A DNA stretch of 64,000 bases from Elusimicrobiaceae bacterium (GTDB taxonomy: Bacteria > Elusimicrobiota > Elusimicrobia > Elusimicrobiales > Elusimicrobiaceae), in contig JAFXOI010000031.1 in assembly GCA_017528825.1 (NCBI GenBank), positions 26,033 through 90,032 of the forward strand, in the 5' to 3' direction. Made by a program: the position numbers and the translations under genes. This document shows positions 9,399 through 19,499 of this stretch, one piece after another; position 1 is the first letter of the stretch; each line of letters starts with the position of its first letter. The notes under the pieces are model-generated. The model was not told the origin of the DNA and did no database searches. It was given only the letters and a program-made list of their open reading frames with translations.

Positions 9399-10846
9399 AT
9401 ATCGTATTAGCTGCAAGCGAGGCAGTCCCATTTTGTAAAACAGGGGGACTGGCTGACGTAGTAGGGGCTTTAAGCCAACAAATAGCAGGCCGGAAAGGCA
9501 ATAAAGTGCTATTATTTTTACCGCATTACCGCAATATACGACAGATTTCTTCTCTTAAAGTCGTACCGGGTACTTATCTGATTCCTATCGGCGGCAAGAT
9601 TGAGCAAGTGTCACTTTCTTATGTGAACTGGGGCAAAGTATTGGTGTTCTTTGTAGGAAATCGCAAATATTTTGATCGCCCCGAGTATTATCACACCAAA
9701 ACAGGGGAATACCGCGATAATGACGAACGGTTTATTTTCTTCTCCCGTGCGGTGTTGGAAGGCTGTAAATTTATTGGTTTCCGTCCGGATATCATTCATT
9801 GTCATGATTGGCAAACCGGTTTAATCCCGGCTTACTTGAAAACCGTGTACAAATTAGACGCCTTTTTCACTCGTACCCGCAGTTTGTTTACCGTACACAA
9901 TATGGCCTACCAAGGGCACTACGGATACAGTAGTTTTGAAAAAGCAGGATTCCATCCGGTGGATTTTGTACCCAGTAAATTTGAATATTACGGCGGTATT
10001 AGTTTCTTAAAAAGCGGTTTAGTATTTGCCGATAATCTCAACACCGTCAGCCCCACCTACGCTAAAGAAGTGCAGACAGATCCCGCCAAGGGTTTTGGTT
10101 TGGAAGGGGTATTAAAATCCCGCCGGAAAAATTTTTACGGCCTTGTTAATGGGATTGATACGGACGTGTGGGACCCGGAAGTAGATCCGTTTTTACCCAT
10201 GGGATATGATGCGGCCAGTTTTACTCAAAACAAACCGTTTTCCAAACAACAACTCCAACAAACAGTTGGTTTAGAAGAAAATGCTAAAAAACCGCTGGTA
10301 GGGATTGTGTCCCGTTTAGATTATCAGAAGGGACTCGATCTTGCATTGCCGTTGTTGGATAAATATCACGGCAAAGTGCAATTTGTGGTGCTGGGTTGTG
10401 GGGATGCTCGCCTGGAAAAACAATACAGTACCCTGGCCAAACAATATCCCTCTGACATAGCTTATGTGGGTCGTTTGGACGAAAAATTGGCGCACCAAAT
10501 TTATGCCGGGGCGGATTTGTTTTTAATGCCTTCTCGATTTGAACCGTGCGGTTTATCCCAACTGATTGCCATGAAGTATGGCACCTTGCCTTTAGTAAGC
10601 AAAGTGGGGGGACTGGCCGATACGGTTATCGGATACAAAGACGGCTCGGACAATGCAGCAGCGACCGGGTTTTTCTTAGGCAGTGTCAGTGAGGCGGCGT
10701 TAACGGCCACCCTGGATAAGGCCTTGCAAGTTTATGCCGATAAAAAAATATGGAACAAGCTCGTGAAAAACGCGATGCTTAAAGATAATTCTTGGGATAA
10801 ATCAGCTCAAGATTATTTGGATTTGTACAAAAAGACGGCGGTGTAA
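9395..10846 (+). CDS. glgA: Glycogen synthase
   Basis: KTGGLADV, IHCHDWQT, PSRFEPCGLSQL. Confidence 0.95.
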   Translation: MNIVLAASEAVPFCKTGGLADVVGALSQQIAGRKGNKVLLFLPHYRNIRQISSLKVVPGTYLIPIGGKIEQVSLSYVNWGKVLVFFVGNRKYFDRPEYYHTKTGEYRDNDERFIFFSRAVLEGCKFIGFRPDIIHCHDWQTGLIPAYLKTVYKLDAFFTRTRSLFTVHNMAYQGHYGYSSFEKAGFHPVDFVPSKFEYYGGISFLKSGLVFADNLNTVSPTYAKEVQTDPAKGFGLEGVLKSRRKNFYGLVNGIDTDVWDPEVDPFLPMGYDAASFTQNKPFSKQQLQQTVGLEENAKKPLVGIVSRLDYQKGLDLALPLLDKYHGKVQFVVLGCGDARLEKQYSTLAKQYPSDIAYVGRLDEKLAHQIYAGADLFLMPSRFEPCGLSQLIAMKYGTLPLVSKVGGLADTVIGYKDGSDNAAATGFFLGSVSEAALTATLDKALQVYADKKIWNKLVKNAMLKDNSWDKSAQDYLDLYKKTAV

Positions 10847-10849
10847 CGC

Positions 10850-12217
10850 GTGAAGAAATTAGGACTTACGGTTGTACTTTGTTTGTTGGTGATGGTTGGA
10901 TGTACCAAACCGGCTAAAAATGCGGTGTGGATTATTGCCGATGGTATGGGACCGGGCACCATGGGTTTGTTTATGGAAGGAGTGCGCAATACACAACTAG
11001 ACCGCTACCCCGATCAACGGTCTACGCTGGAGAAGTTTATTGATGCGTCGGTGACGGGCATGTATTTTGACAATACCCATGATACGGTAGTTACCGATTC
11101 TGCGTGTGCAGCTACTCAAATGGCCTGCGGAGCATTGTCCCGACCGGATTATATCGGATTAGACCATCGCCTCCAACCCTTGGAGACTATTTTGGAGGAA
11201 GCCTATAAGCAAGGTAAGTCGGTAGGAGTGATCTCGGATGCTTATGTGGCCGATGCCACGCCGGCCGGCTTTTTGGCGCATACGGGTAGTCGTAAAAATA
11301 AGAATGAGATTGCGCGGCAACTGGTAGCCAGCAAAGCCCAAATTATTTTGGGTGGCGGGAAAAAATACTTTGAGCGACAAGAGAACAAAGATTTATTACA
11401 ACAGGCCGCACAGCAAGGTTGGACAGTAGTAACCGATAAAAATGCTTTGGCTGGGGTAAAAGAAGGGCGTATATTGGGGCTGTTTAGCGATGAGGGAATG
11501 CCTTTTTACGGGGATATGGACGAGCACCCGCAAACACCCACTTTGCTGGAAATGACGAAGAAGGCCATAGAAATTTTAAGCCAGAATAAGAAAGGATTTG
11601 TATTAATGGTGGAAGCCGGTAAGGTGGATTGGTCCTTGCATGATAATGAAATGGGCCCTACTTTGTGGGAAATGATTAATTTGGATGAGACGTTGTCTTT
11701 TGTTTGGAATTTTGCAAAGAAAACAGCTGATACGCTGGTTTATCTGAATGCTGATCATGAGACCGGCGTGCCCGGATTTCACTACCGCCACTTGGATGCG
11801 GATACTATGAAATATAAAACTGCCCAAGGAGAAAAACTTTATGGCGGCAATACGGACTATGTTAATTATCCGTATTTTCAAAATCTGTTTGCGCATAAAC
11901 ACTTGTTGTACTATGTATATCCGGAGTTTAAAAAATTACCCATTGAGCAACAGACGGCTGACAAATTGCAGGAAATGGTTAATCAAGCGATGGGCGGAGA
12001 GGTAAATCTGCAATTGAACGGACAAGTTCCGTCGTACGATGACTTGATTTTGAAAATGAATCAGGCACAGGGATTAACATGGGCCACTAAAAATCATTCG
12101 TCGGGTATGTTGTTGGGCATTGCTTATGGACCGGGGGCGGATTTGTTTCATGGCGTGTACCACAATACAGATTTGAAAGGAAAATTTGAACAAGCACTTG
12201 GTTTTACGGCTAAGTAA
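10850..12217 (+). CDS. Alkaline phosphatase family lipoprotein
   Basis: Lipobox LVMVGC, IADGMG, VTDSACAAT (Ser nucleophile), MVEAGKVDWSLH, ADHETG. Confidence 0.88.
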   Translation: MKKLGLTVVLCLLVMVGCTKPAKNAVWIIADGMGPGTMGLFMEGVRNTQLDRYPDQRSTLEKFIDASVTGMYFDNTHDTVVTDSACAATQMACGALSRPDYIGLDHRLQPLETILEEAYKQGKSVGVISDAYVADATPAGFLAHTGSRKNKNEIARQLVASKAQIILGGGKKYFERQENKDLLQQAAQQGWTVVTDKNALAGVKEGRILGLFSDEGMPFYGDMDEHPQTPTLLEMTKKAIEILSQNKKGFVLMVEAGKVDWSLHDNEMGPTLWEMINLDETLSFVWNFAKKTADTLVYLNADHETGVPGFHYRHLDADTMKYKTAQGEKLYGGNTDYVNYPYFQNLFAHKHLLYYVYPEFKKLPIEQQTADKLQEMVNQAMGGEVNLQLNGQVPSYDDLILKMNQAQGLTWATKNHSSGMLLGIAYGPGADLFHGVYHNTDLKGKFEQALGFTAK

Positions 12218-12226
12218 GGAAGATAT

Positions 12227-13009
12227 ATGGAAGATTTTTTACAGGAACAACCTAAAAAACAAAATCGTGCTCCGGCACCGCATAGCCACCGCCGTCTATT
12301 TGTGCTGGTGTTGGCAATAGCGCTATTATGGCAGGTGATTAGTTTTATGCAGTTGCAATTGCAACAGTATCACCAAAATTTACTCCAAGATTTCAAAGTT
12401 CTCTTAACGGTATCTGCATCGGTGGATAATGATACTTTAACCACTTTAGGGGAAAGCCTAAGCGCAAAAGAGGATATTACCGCCGTACGCTTGTTTTCGC
12501 CGCAGGATGGGCTAGCTGCTTTGCAGGCCAAAAACCCACGTTTAACAGCCGCGCTGGTGGCTTTGGGACGAGAACAAATGCCGGCCTATTTTGAGCTCCA
12601 GTTAACTCATCCGGCTATCAATAATATACGTCCGTTTGTGCAAAATATAGCGGCAGAATATCCGCAGTTATCCGTGAAGTATTCACCCGAGCAAGCGGAT
12701 ATGATTTTTTATAGTGGTGTCTGTTTGCGCACCTTGCAATTGGCGGCTGTTTTTGTACTCGTATTATTTGTGATTTTTATGTTTTTGGTGGAAGCGTATC
12801 CGTCGCGGGGTAAAGTTCGCACGGCGGCAGATGTATTATATGCGGTGTTGGCAGGCGGTCTTTCTTTAGGATTGATTGCCTTACTGGTATATCCGACCGG
12901 ACTGTTAATGCCGGCGATACAACACTTTACCTCTATGGAAAGGCAGGCGGTTTTGCTGGTATTTTGTGCTTTGATGGGTTGGACAATCGGAAAATGGCAA
13001 AAATTTTAA
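12227..13009 (+). CDS. ftsX: FtsX-like permease
   Basis: TM, then about 110-aa extracytoplasmic domain (RLFSPQDGLAALQ...MPAYFEL), then 3 TM. Lies directly upstream of an EnvC-like gene. Confidence 0.65.
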   Translation: MEDFLQEQPKKQNRAPAPHSHRRLFVLVLAIALLWQVISFMQLQLQQYHQNLLQDFKVLLTVSASVDNDTLTTLGESLSAKEDITAVRLFSPQDGLAALQAKNPRLTAALVALGREQMPAYFELQLTHPAINNIRPFVQNIAAEYPQLSVKYSPEQADMIFYSGVCLRTLQLAAVFVLVLFVIFMFLVEAYPSRGKVRTAADVLYAVLAGGLSLGLIALLVYPTGLLMPAIQHFTSMERQAVLLVFCALMGWTIGKWQKF

Positions 13010-14184
13010 TGATTCTTTTATGTGGCGTTGGTTTACTCCCCGCAGTGTATGCACTGGACGGGGAAACGGCGCATAAACAAGAATTGGAACGATTGAAAAA
13101 ACAGGCAGCGGAAAAACAAGAAGAATTAAAAAAATATCGCGAACAGGAAAAAGCCATTTCCCAAGAAATTTCAGTTTTGGAAAGCCGTAAAGCAGAGGCA
13201 ATTCGGCAGAAAAATAAACTGCAGTCGGATATTAATTACGTGGAGCAAACTATTTTGTCCACCGAAGAAAAACGAGCCGCACTCGAGCGCAGTATGCCTA
13301 TGTGGAACTATGTGTTAGTCGAAGAGATCCGTGATTTTTATTTAGCTCCTCAGTGTAGCGTATGCCCTGGCGGAACGCATTTGGAAGAGGAAGTGTTTGT
13401 AGAACGGGCTCTGCTGCATAAGGCTGCTTTTGCAGTTTCATTGCAAGATGAAAATAAAGCGGCGAAACAAAAAATTTATGACTTTGAGAAACGAAATCAA
13501 CAATTGATGGCGGAAAGTTCGCAGATTCAACAAAAACAACGAGTCATTAGTACAAATTTCTTAAAGAAACAACAAGATTTAACTTTGACTAAGAAGAAGG
13601 CCCAAGCAATTCGTGATGAAATTAACGAGTTAAATAAATCAGCCCGGGCACTGGATGATTTGTTGGCCCGCTTTGAACGACAGCGCAAAGAAGCGGCCAA
13701 GAAAAAAGCCAAAGCGGAATCCACCGCCTCCAAAACGACGTCGGCAAAACAAACTTCAATTGCCAAAATTGATGTACCGGCACATTCGTTGCCGTGGCCG
13801 GTGCAAGGCAAAGTGTTAAGCAAATTCGGTAAGGAATATCGGCAAGATTTAAATACATGGATTTTCCGGGACGGAATTAAAATTGCGGCGCGTGCCGGAG
13901 AAAACGTGAAATGTGTAGAGGCCGGCGATGTGATTTATGCCGGACCCTTCCGCTCATACGGAAATGTAGTCATTGTAGACCACGGAAAGGGGTTCTTTAG
14001 TATTTACGGATTTTTACACACCATTCAAGCCGCGGTGGGTGATAAGCTAACCCGTGGCGGTGTGTTGGGAACGGCGGGGCGTGATACGCAACAAAGTTCC
14101 GGTACAGGACAGTATGCTGTTTATTTTGAGACGCGTCAAGGTACTACTGCGGTAGATCCGTTAGATTGGTTGAAACCGCTTTAG
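12994..14184 (+). CDS. envC: EnvC-like coiled-coil/M23 murein hydrolase activator
   Basis: Signal peptide, long coiled coil, LPWPVQG, and a degenerate M23 domain (GNVVIVDHG, YFETRQG). Confidence 0.85.
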   Translation: MAKILMILLCGVGLLPAVYALDGETAHKQELERLKKQAAEKQEELKKYREQEKAISQEISVLESRKAEAIRQKNKLQSDINYVEQTILSTEEKRAALERSMPMWNYVLVEEIRDFYLAPQCSVCPGGTHLEEEVFVERALLHKAAFAVSLQDENKAAKQKIYDFEKRNQQLMAESSQIQQKQRVISTNFLKKQQDLTLTKKKAQAIRDEINELNKSARALDDLLARFERQRKEAAKKKAKAESTASKTTSAKQTSIAKIDVPAHSLPWPVQGKVLSKFGKEYRQDLNTWIFRDGIKIAARAGENVKCVEAGDVIYAGPFRSYGNVVIVDHGKGFFSIYGFLHTIQAAVGDKLTRGGVLGTAGRDTQQSSGTGQYAVYFETRQGTTAVDPLDWLKPL

Positions 14185-14211
14185 GTAAGAAAGATTTGTG
14201 GAGGAAAACAA

Positions 14212-15582
14212 ATGAATTCAACATATAAAACAAAACTGGTAGCATGGGCTACGATTATCTTTTTTGTAGGAACTTTATTTCCCTATGCATACGGAGCGGT
14301 GGACCGCGGCTTGAAACAGTTGCGTACCTTCGTTAACGTATTGGAATATGTAAAAGAAAATTATGTGGAACCCACCGATACGGATACACTGGTATCGGGT
14401 GCTATTAAAGGACTAGTAGAAGAGTTAGACGATTTCTCTCAGTATTTGGAGCCGAAGGATTATAAAACCTTGAAAAATGATACACGGGGAGATTTCGGCG
14501 GTTTGGGAATTCGCTTGGGAAAACAGGACGGATTTATTACGGTACTTAGTCCCATGCCCAACACGCCTGCCTTCAAAGCCGGTGTAATGCCCGGAGACCG
14601 TATTCTGTTCGTAGATGATCGCGATGTAACCTCTATGAATTTGGATGAAGCGGTGGAATTAATGCGCGGTCCGGTAGGCAGTAAAGTGAAAATTACCATG
14701 AGCCGGAAAGATGAAAAAACAGGAGAATATGTCAATTTGCCTGATTTTCATTTCAAACGTGAAAAAATCGTGCCGGAAGTGGTCCACCATCGTATGTTGC
14801 CGGATCAAATTGGCTACATTTATTTGGTAGATTTTTCGGGTCATAGTACGGAAGCAGTAAAAAAAGCGTTACAAGACCTGTCTAAGAAAGGGATGAAAGG
14901 CCTTGTATTAGATTTGCGCTTTAATCCGGGCGGCCTGTTAAACGGAGCGGCTGATTTGGCTAAGTTGTTCATGGGAGATAATCAAATGATTGTCTACACG
15001 CAAGGCCGTAAGCCGGAGTTTTACCAAGAGTATAAAACGGATGCTAAGGCAGATTATCCGGATATTCCGCTAGTGGTGCTAATCAATCAGGGTTCTGCCA
15101 GTGCCAGCGAAATTGTGTCCGGTGCTTTGCAGGATAATGACCGTGCGGTGATTGTGGGACAACGCAGTTTCGGCAAAGCCAGCGTTCAGCAGGTTATGCC
15201 TCTTGACGGGGGAGCAGCCTTAAAATTAACCATCGCCAGATATTACACACCCAAAGGACGGCTAATTCAGCGGGATTACCGGGACAAGAGCAAGGCGGAA
15301 GAGGGGGGCATATTCCCCGATGTGGAAGTGAAGGTGGATCCTAAACAGGAAGTCAAAATTTTATCTCAGTATAATCAGGTTGTGTATACTCCGGGTAAGG
15401 AAATGCCGGTTTTGAAATTAACTGAAAAAGATCCGGTTTTAGAGAAAGCAGTGGAAGTATTAAAGGAAGGTACGGATAAAATTATTGCTCAAAAGGCCGA
15501 ATTGGAAAAAGCCGCTCGTGAAAAAGCAGAACAAGAAGCCGCCGTTGTTGCGCAGGAAAAAACGAGTCAGGGTAAAAAGTAA
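14212..15582 (+). CDS. ctpA: Carboxyl-terminal processing protease (S41, PDZ)
   Basis: FGGLGI PDZ, LDLRFNPGG, SASASEIVSGALQD, GKASVQ. Confidence 0.93.
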   Translation: MNSTYKTKLVAWATIIFFVGTLFPYAYGAVDRGLKQLRTFVNVLEYVKENYVEPTDTDTLVSGAIKGLVEELDDFSQYLEPKDYKTLKNDTRGDFGGLGIRLGKQDGFITVLSPMPNTPAFKAGVMPGDRILFVDDRDVTSMNLDEAVELMRGPVGSKVKITMSRKDEKTGEYVNLPDFHFKREKIVPEVVHHRMLPDQIGYIYLVDFSGHSTEAVKKALQDLSKKGMKGLVLDLRFNPGGLLNGAADLAKLFMGDNQMIVYTQGRKPEFYQEYKTDAKADYPDIPLVVLINQGSASASEIVSGALQDNDRAVIVGQRSFGKASVQQVMPLDGGAALKLTIARYYTPKGRLIQRDYRDKSKAEEGGIFPDVEVKVDPKQEVKILSQYNQVVYTPGKEMPVLKLTEKDPVLEKAVEVLKEGTDKIIAQKAELEKAAREKAEQEAAVVAQEKTSQGKK

Positions 15583-15591
15583 GAAGAAAAT

Positions 15592-16620
15592 ATGTTGAAA
15601 AAAGATTTCACCATTTTGGGAATAGAAAGCACGTGTGATGAAACCTCAGCCGCCTTGTTGGTCGGGGGCAAGAAGCTGTTGTCAAACGTGATTTATTCCC
15701 AGATAGAAGAACATAAAAAATATCACGGAGTAGTGCCGGAGTTAGCCAGCCGTGCTCACGCGGCTAAAATTGCTTCTGTGGTAACACAAGCATTAGGTAC
15801 TCACCGTCCCGATGCCAATGCGTTTGCACATGGCCCCGGATTGCCCGGCGGACTGATGGTAGGGCGTGTAGCAGCGGAAACTTTAGCCCAGTTTTATCAG
15901 GTGCCTTTGATAGGAGTGAATCATTTAGAAGGACATTTGTTTGCGTGCGAATTTGAAAACAATGAGGTGAAACATCCTCTCAACTTTCCGTTAATTGCAC
16001 TCATCGTATCGGGAGGGCATACGGAACTGTGGTATGTATCCGGGTACGGAAAATATAAAGTGCTCGGGCGCACGCGAGATGATGCCGCGGGAGAGGCGTT
16101 TGACAAAGTAGCTAAGTTACTGGGCTTGCCTTATCCGGGCGGGCCGCAGGTGTCGGCTCAGGCTTTGCAAGGCAGGCGCGATGCTATTGCTTTTCCGCGT
16201 CCGCTTTTGCCGGGTACGTGGGAATTTTCTTTTAGCGGTATTAAAACCTCTGTCAGCTATTATTTACGGGACCATCAAACTGTTTCTGTTGCAGATGTAT
16301 GCGCCAGCTTTGAACAAGCAATTTGTGAAACCTTAGTTAGAAAAACGATGTTAGCGGTTCAAAAATATAAAGTAAAATACATAGCAGTAGGCGGCGGAGT
16401 AGCCGCTAACAGTTTGCTGCGCCAATTATTGGAAGAAGCGGGTAAAGCACGCGGGGTAGAAGTGCGTTTTGTTCCGCGGAAAATGTCGTCTGACAACGCG
16501 GCCATGATTGCCTTGGCGGCGTGGCGGAGGCTGGAGCATGCAGGGGAACATGCCTTGCAAACCAAATGGCCTGTGCAAATTAACCCAAATTTGAAAGTAA
16601 AGAACTGGGGGAATAAATGA
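15592..16620 (+). CDS. tsaD: tRNA N6-adenosine threonylcarbamoyltransferase
   Basis: GIESTCDETS, GVVPELASRAH, NHLEGH, VSGGHT, DDAAGEAFDK, DNAAMIA. Confidence 0.96.
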   Translation: MLKKDFTILGIESTCDETSAALLVGGKKLLSNVIYSQIEEHKKYHGVVPELASRAHAAKIASVVTQALGTHRPDANAFAHGPGLPGGLMVGRVAAETLAQFYQVPLIGVNHLEGHLFACEFENNEVKHPLNFPLIALIVSGGHTELWYVSGYGKYKVLGRTRDDAAGEAFDKVAKLLGLPYPGGPQVSAQALQGRRDAIAFPRPLLPGTWEFSFSGIKTSVSYYLRDHQTVSVADVCASFEQAICETLVRKTMLAVQKYKVKYIAVGGGVAANSLLRQLLEEAGKARGVEVRFVPRKMSSDNAAMIALAAWRRLEHAGEHALQTKWPVQINPNLKVKNWGNK

Positions 16621-17822
16621 TTTTATGGGTCATGCCGGACACCGGCTCACGTTCTAAAACAGATTACCAACAACTTGCCCAACGATTTTGTAAGGAGCAT
16701 CCGGGGGCGGAATTGTCGGTACAGGTTATTACGCGCAACATTTTGTGGAAAAAAATTTTCATGCTCAAATATCCCACCGCTCAGGAAGTGGTGCCGGATG
16801 TGGTGCAAATTCCGCATTATTGGACTGCTTTACTAAGCCGCGCCGGTGTGGCGGAAAATTTGTCGCAATTGGCTCCGGAACTTTCTTTGGCGCCGTGTTT
16901 AGCACCGCTACGCGGGCATTGTTATAAACCGGGCACAAAGGATATGTACTCGTATCCTTGGTGGTTTGATATGAGCGCTTTGCATTTCCGTACGGACCAT
17001 TTGCGGCAGGTGAGCTCTCATCCGGAGGAAGAACTGGCCACATGGGAAGGACTTTTGGATATTTGTGCACGTCTGCAAGAAAAATTTCAGCAAACAGAAG
17101 GGTATTATCCTATGCAAAACAGCGACTGGCGCGGTTCGCTTTCTACGCGCAGTGCGCTGATGGAAATCTGGGGACGTGGAGCTGACTTGTTAACGGAAGA
17201 TCTCAAAGATACACAAATTAATACGCCGGCTTTTGCGCAAGGAGTTAAAGATTATATTACGCTGGCACTCAAAGACTACATGCCCATTTTGCGCGAGCGT
17301 GGCAGTTTGGGAACGATGCTTACCGGTAAGGCCAGCTTATTGATGTCGCGCAAACAAGGGGTATCAAGTTTTGAAGGACAACGGGAAGTACCCGTGCAAA
17401 CGGTGCCGGTGCCGCGCACAGGTGCGGAACCGCAGGCCTATTTATCGGGGATGAATTTAATGATTAACCGCGCCGGAAAAGATAAGACGACAGCGCTGGC
17501 CTTTATTAAGTGGTGTGCACGTCCGGACAATCAGGTATCCTACGCTACCACCTTGGAAGCATTTCCAACTGTGGAAGAAAGTTTTGAACAATTAATTTTC
17601 TCTTCATCTCAGCGTTTGCAAACCTATTCCGGTATATTGGCTACTGCTCGCACGCTGCCTAATTTAACCCTTACCGGTACGATTATTGAAATTTTGAATA
17701 AAGTATTTGCGGTGAACGCAACGCAGATTGTAGAGGGGCGTTTTACGCAGGCAGGACTGGACCGCGATTTGGAACAGGCAGCCAAAGAAGTGCAGTATCT
17801 GCTTTCTTTATATGAGGAATAA
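16617..17822 (+). CDS. Family-1 (sugar-type) solute-binding-fold protein lacking a signal peptide
   Basis: W..P..., FCKEHPG.EL, PDVVQI, YSYPW, NLMI...KDKTTALAFIKW pattern. No hydrophobic N-terminus or lipobox; start overlaps the tsaD stop (ATGA). Confidence 0.7.
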   Translation: MILWVMPDTGSRSKTDYQQLAQRFCKEHPGAELSVQVITRNILWKKIFMLKYPTAQEVVPDVVQIPHYWTALLSRAGVAENLSQLAPELSLAPCLAPLRGHCYKPGTKDMYSYPWWFDMSALHFRTDHLRQVSSHPEEELATWEGLLDICARLQEKFQQTEGYYPMQNSDWRGSLSTRSALMEIWGRGADLLTEDLKDTQINTPAFAQGVKDYITLALKDYMPILRERGSLGTMLTGKASLLMSRKQGVSSFEGQREVPVQTVPVPRTGAEPQAYLSGMNLMINRAGKDKTTALAFIKWCARPDNQVSYATTLEAFPTVEESFEQLIFSSSQRLQTYSGILATARTLPNLTLTGTIIEILNKVFAVNATQIVEGRFTQAGLDRDLEQAAKEVQYLLSLYEE

Positions 17823-17824
17823 TT

Positions 17825-19342
17825 ATGTTTGATAAGCAAGCCTATACCTTGTTTAAATTTGGCAAAAAAATTAATCAATCCGCTCAAAACAAACGAGAAC
17901 TACTCGATTGCGCCTTGCCTGCCTTGCGGGAATTATTCCGCTTGGACCGCGTATACTTTTTTGACTGGCAGCAAGAGCGGGCTCTATTATCTTTGCGCAT
18001 GATGTGCAAAAAAGAATATTGCATGGATATGCAGGAAGATATTTCTGTGTTGGGCGAGCCGGAATTTTTGAAAGAGTTGTTGCGCGACGGCATTGCAGAT
18101 TCTACGGATTTGAATTATCCGGCTGTGTATGTACTACTTCGTTGGAAACGTCCTACTATGACGCTGGAAGGAGAAGAAATTAAAAATACGATTAAAACCC
18201 GTTTGGGCGTTTTGCGTTTGGAGCGTTTCCGTAAAACCCGTGTTTTCACCGAAGCAGAAAAGAAACTGATTAAAGGAGTGGCGGCTGAAATTTCACGCAA
18301 TCTCACGCATACGGAAGGGGACCAGGCCAAAAACCAACGCTTAAACATTGCCACGGCACTCAATGATTTGGCCACCGTATTTGCTTCTTCTTTACGTTTA
18401 ACGGACGGACTGGGTCTTATTTTGCAAGGGGTGCAAAAATACTTTCGTTTTGACCGTGTACGTTTGTACCAAACCAATTATGACGGCACCAAAATTAAAT
18501 CTATTTTGGGAGTAGATATTTCCGGACAGGTGGAACGCCAAGAAGGCGAGAGCCTGCCTGCGGAAGAGCGCGCTTTGTTACAGGAAATGTTTGAGGCGGG
18601 CGAATCCTACCGTTTGGTGCACAACGTGGTCTATATTCCTTTGCAAGTACAGCGTAACAAAGTGGGTTTTTTAACCTTTGATAATTTGCTTTCTCGCCGA
18701 CGTATTGACTATTTGGACTTCGTCTCCTTAAAACAATTTTCTACCCAAATTGCCTTGGCCATAGACAATGCAGCCCTGTTTGAACGGGTGCAAGAATTGT
18801 CCAATTATGACGAGCTGACCAAACTGCCGGTGCGGCGTTTCTTTGCGGAAAAATTAAGTGATGAAATGGCTCGTTCCAAGCGGTTTGATTTAATTATGTC
18901 TATCATTGTATTGGATATTGATTTATTTAAGCAAATCAATGATACGTATGGACATCAGATTGGGGACTGGGCACTCAAACAGGTCAGCCAAGTTTTACGT
19001 ACCAGCCTGCGGCAAACCGATGTTCCGTGCCGTTACGGTGGGGACGAAATGGTGATTATGTTGCCGCGCACCAATGGGGACGAGGCCAAAATTATTACCA
19101 AACGCCTGAAAGATAAAATTAACAATATAGCTATTCCCAGCCGCTATACGGACGGCCAACGGGTTACGTTAAGTATTAGTCAAGGGGTTTCTTCTTTTCC
19201 TCAAGACGGACAGACTGCGGAAGAATTGTTTGATAAAGCCGATAAAGCCTTGTACTGGGTGAAGAACGGGCGGCGCGGCACGTTTGCAATATACCGCGAA
19301 ATAGCGGATGATTTGCCGCAAGCGGAACCGGAAAAGAAGTAA
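17825..19342 (+). CDS. Soluble GAF-GAF-GGDEF diguanylate cyclase
   Basis: YDELTKL, LDIDLFKQINDTYGH, RQTD I-site and RYGGDEM, ADKALY. GAF-like segments (FDRVRLY, QIALAIDNA). No TM. Confidence 0.9.
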   Translation: MFDKQAYTLFKFGKKINQSAQNKRELLDCALPALRELFRLDRVYFFDWQQERALLSLRMMCKKEYCMDMQEDISVLGEPEFLKELLRDGIADSTDLNYPAVYVLLRWKRPTMTLEGEEIKNTIKTRLGVLRLERFRKTRVFTEAEKKLIKGVAAEISRNLTHTEGDQAKNQRLNIATALNDLATVFASSLRLTDGLGLILQGVQKYFRFDRVRLYQTNYDGTKIKSILGVDISGQVERQEGESLPAEERALLQEMFEAGESYRLVHNVVYIPLQVQRNKVGFLTFDNLLSRRRIDYLDFVSLKQFSTQIALAIDNAALFERVQELSNYDELTKLPVRRFFAEKLSDEMARSKRFDLIMSIIVLDIDLFKQINDTYGHQIGDWALKQVSQVLRTSLRQTDVPCRYGGDEMVIMLPRTNGDEAKIITKRLKDKINNIAIPSRYTDGQRVTLSISQGVSSFPQDGQTAEELFDKADKALYWVKNGRRGTFAIYREIADDLPQAEPEKK

Positions 19343-19470
19343 ATAGTTGTCATTTCCGAAGGCAGAAATCGGGGATGAGGGTGTTTTGTACAGGGAGTTT
19401 CGTACGCGCACACGCGAAAAAAATTTGACAAGCAAAGAAAAAGTTGTAAAAATGTATATGATATAGTCCG

Positions 19471-19499
19471 CACACTTTGATATAATGTATCAAGGTGTG
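19471..19499 (+). promoter_or_regulatory. Extended -10 promoter centred in a 12-bp inverted repeat
   Basis: CACACTTTGATA-taatg-TATCAAGGTGTG (one mismatch). TGaTATAAT at 19478-86. A TTGACA also lies at 19425-30. Confidence 0.65.
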
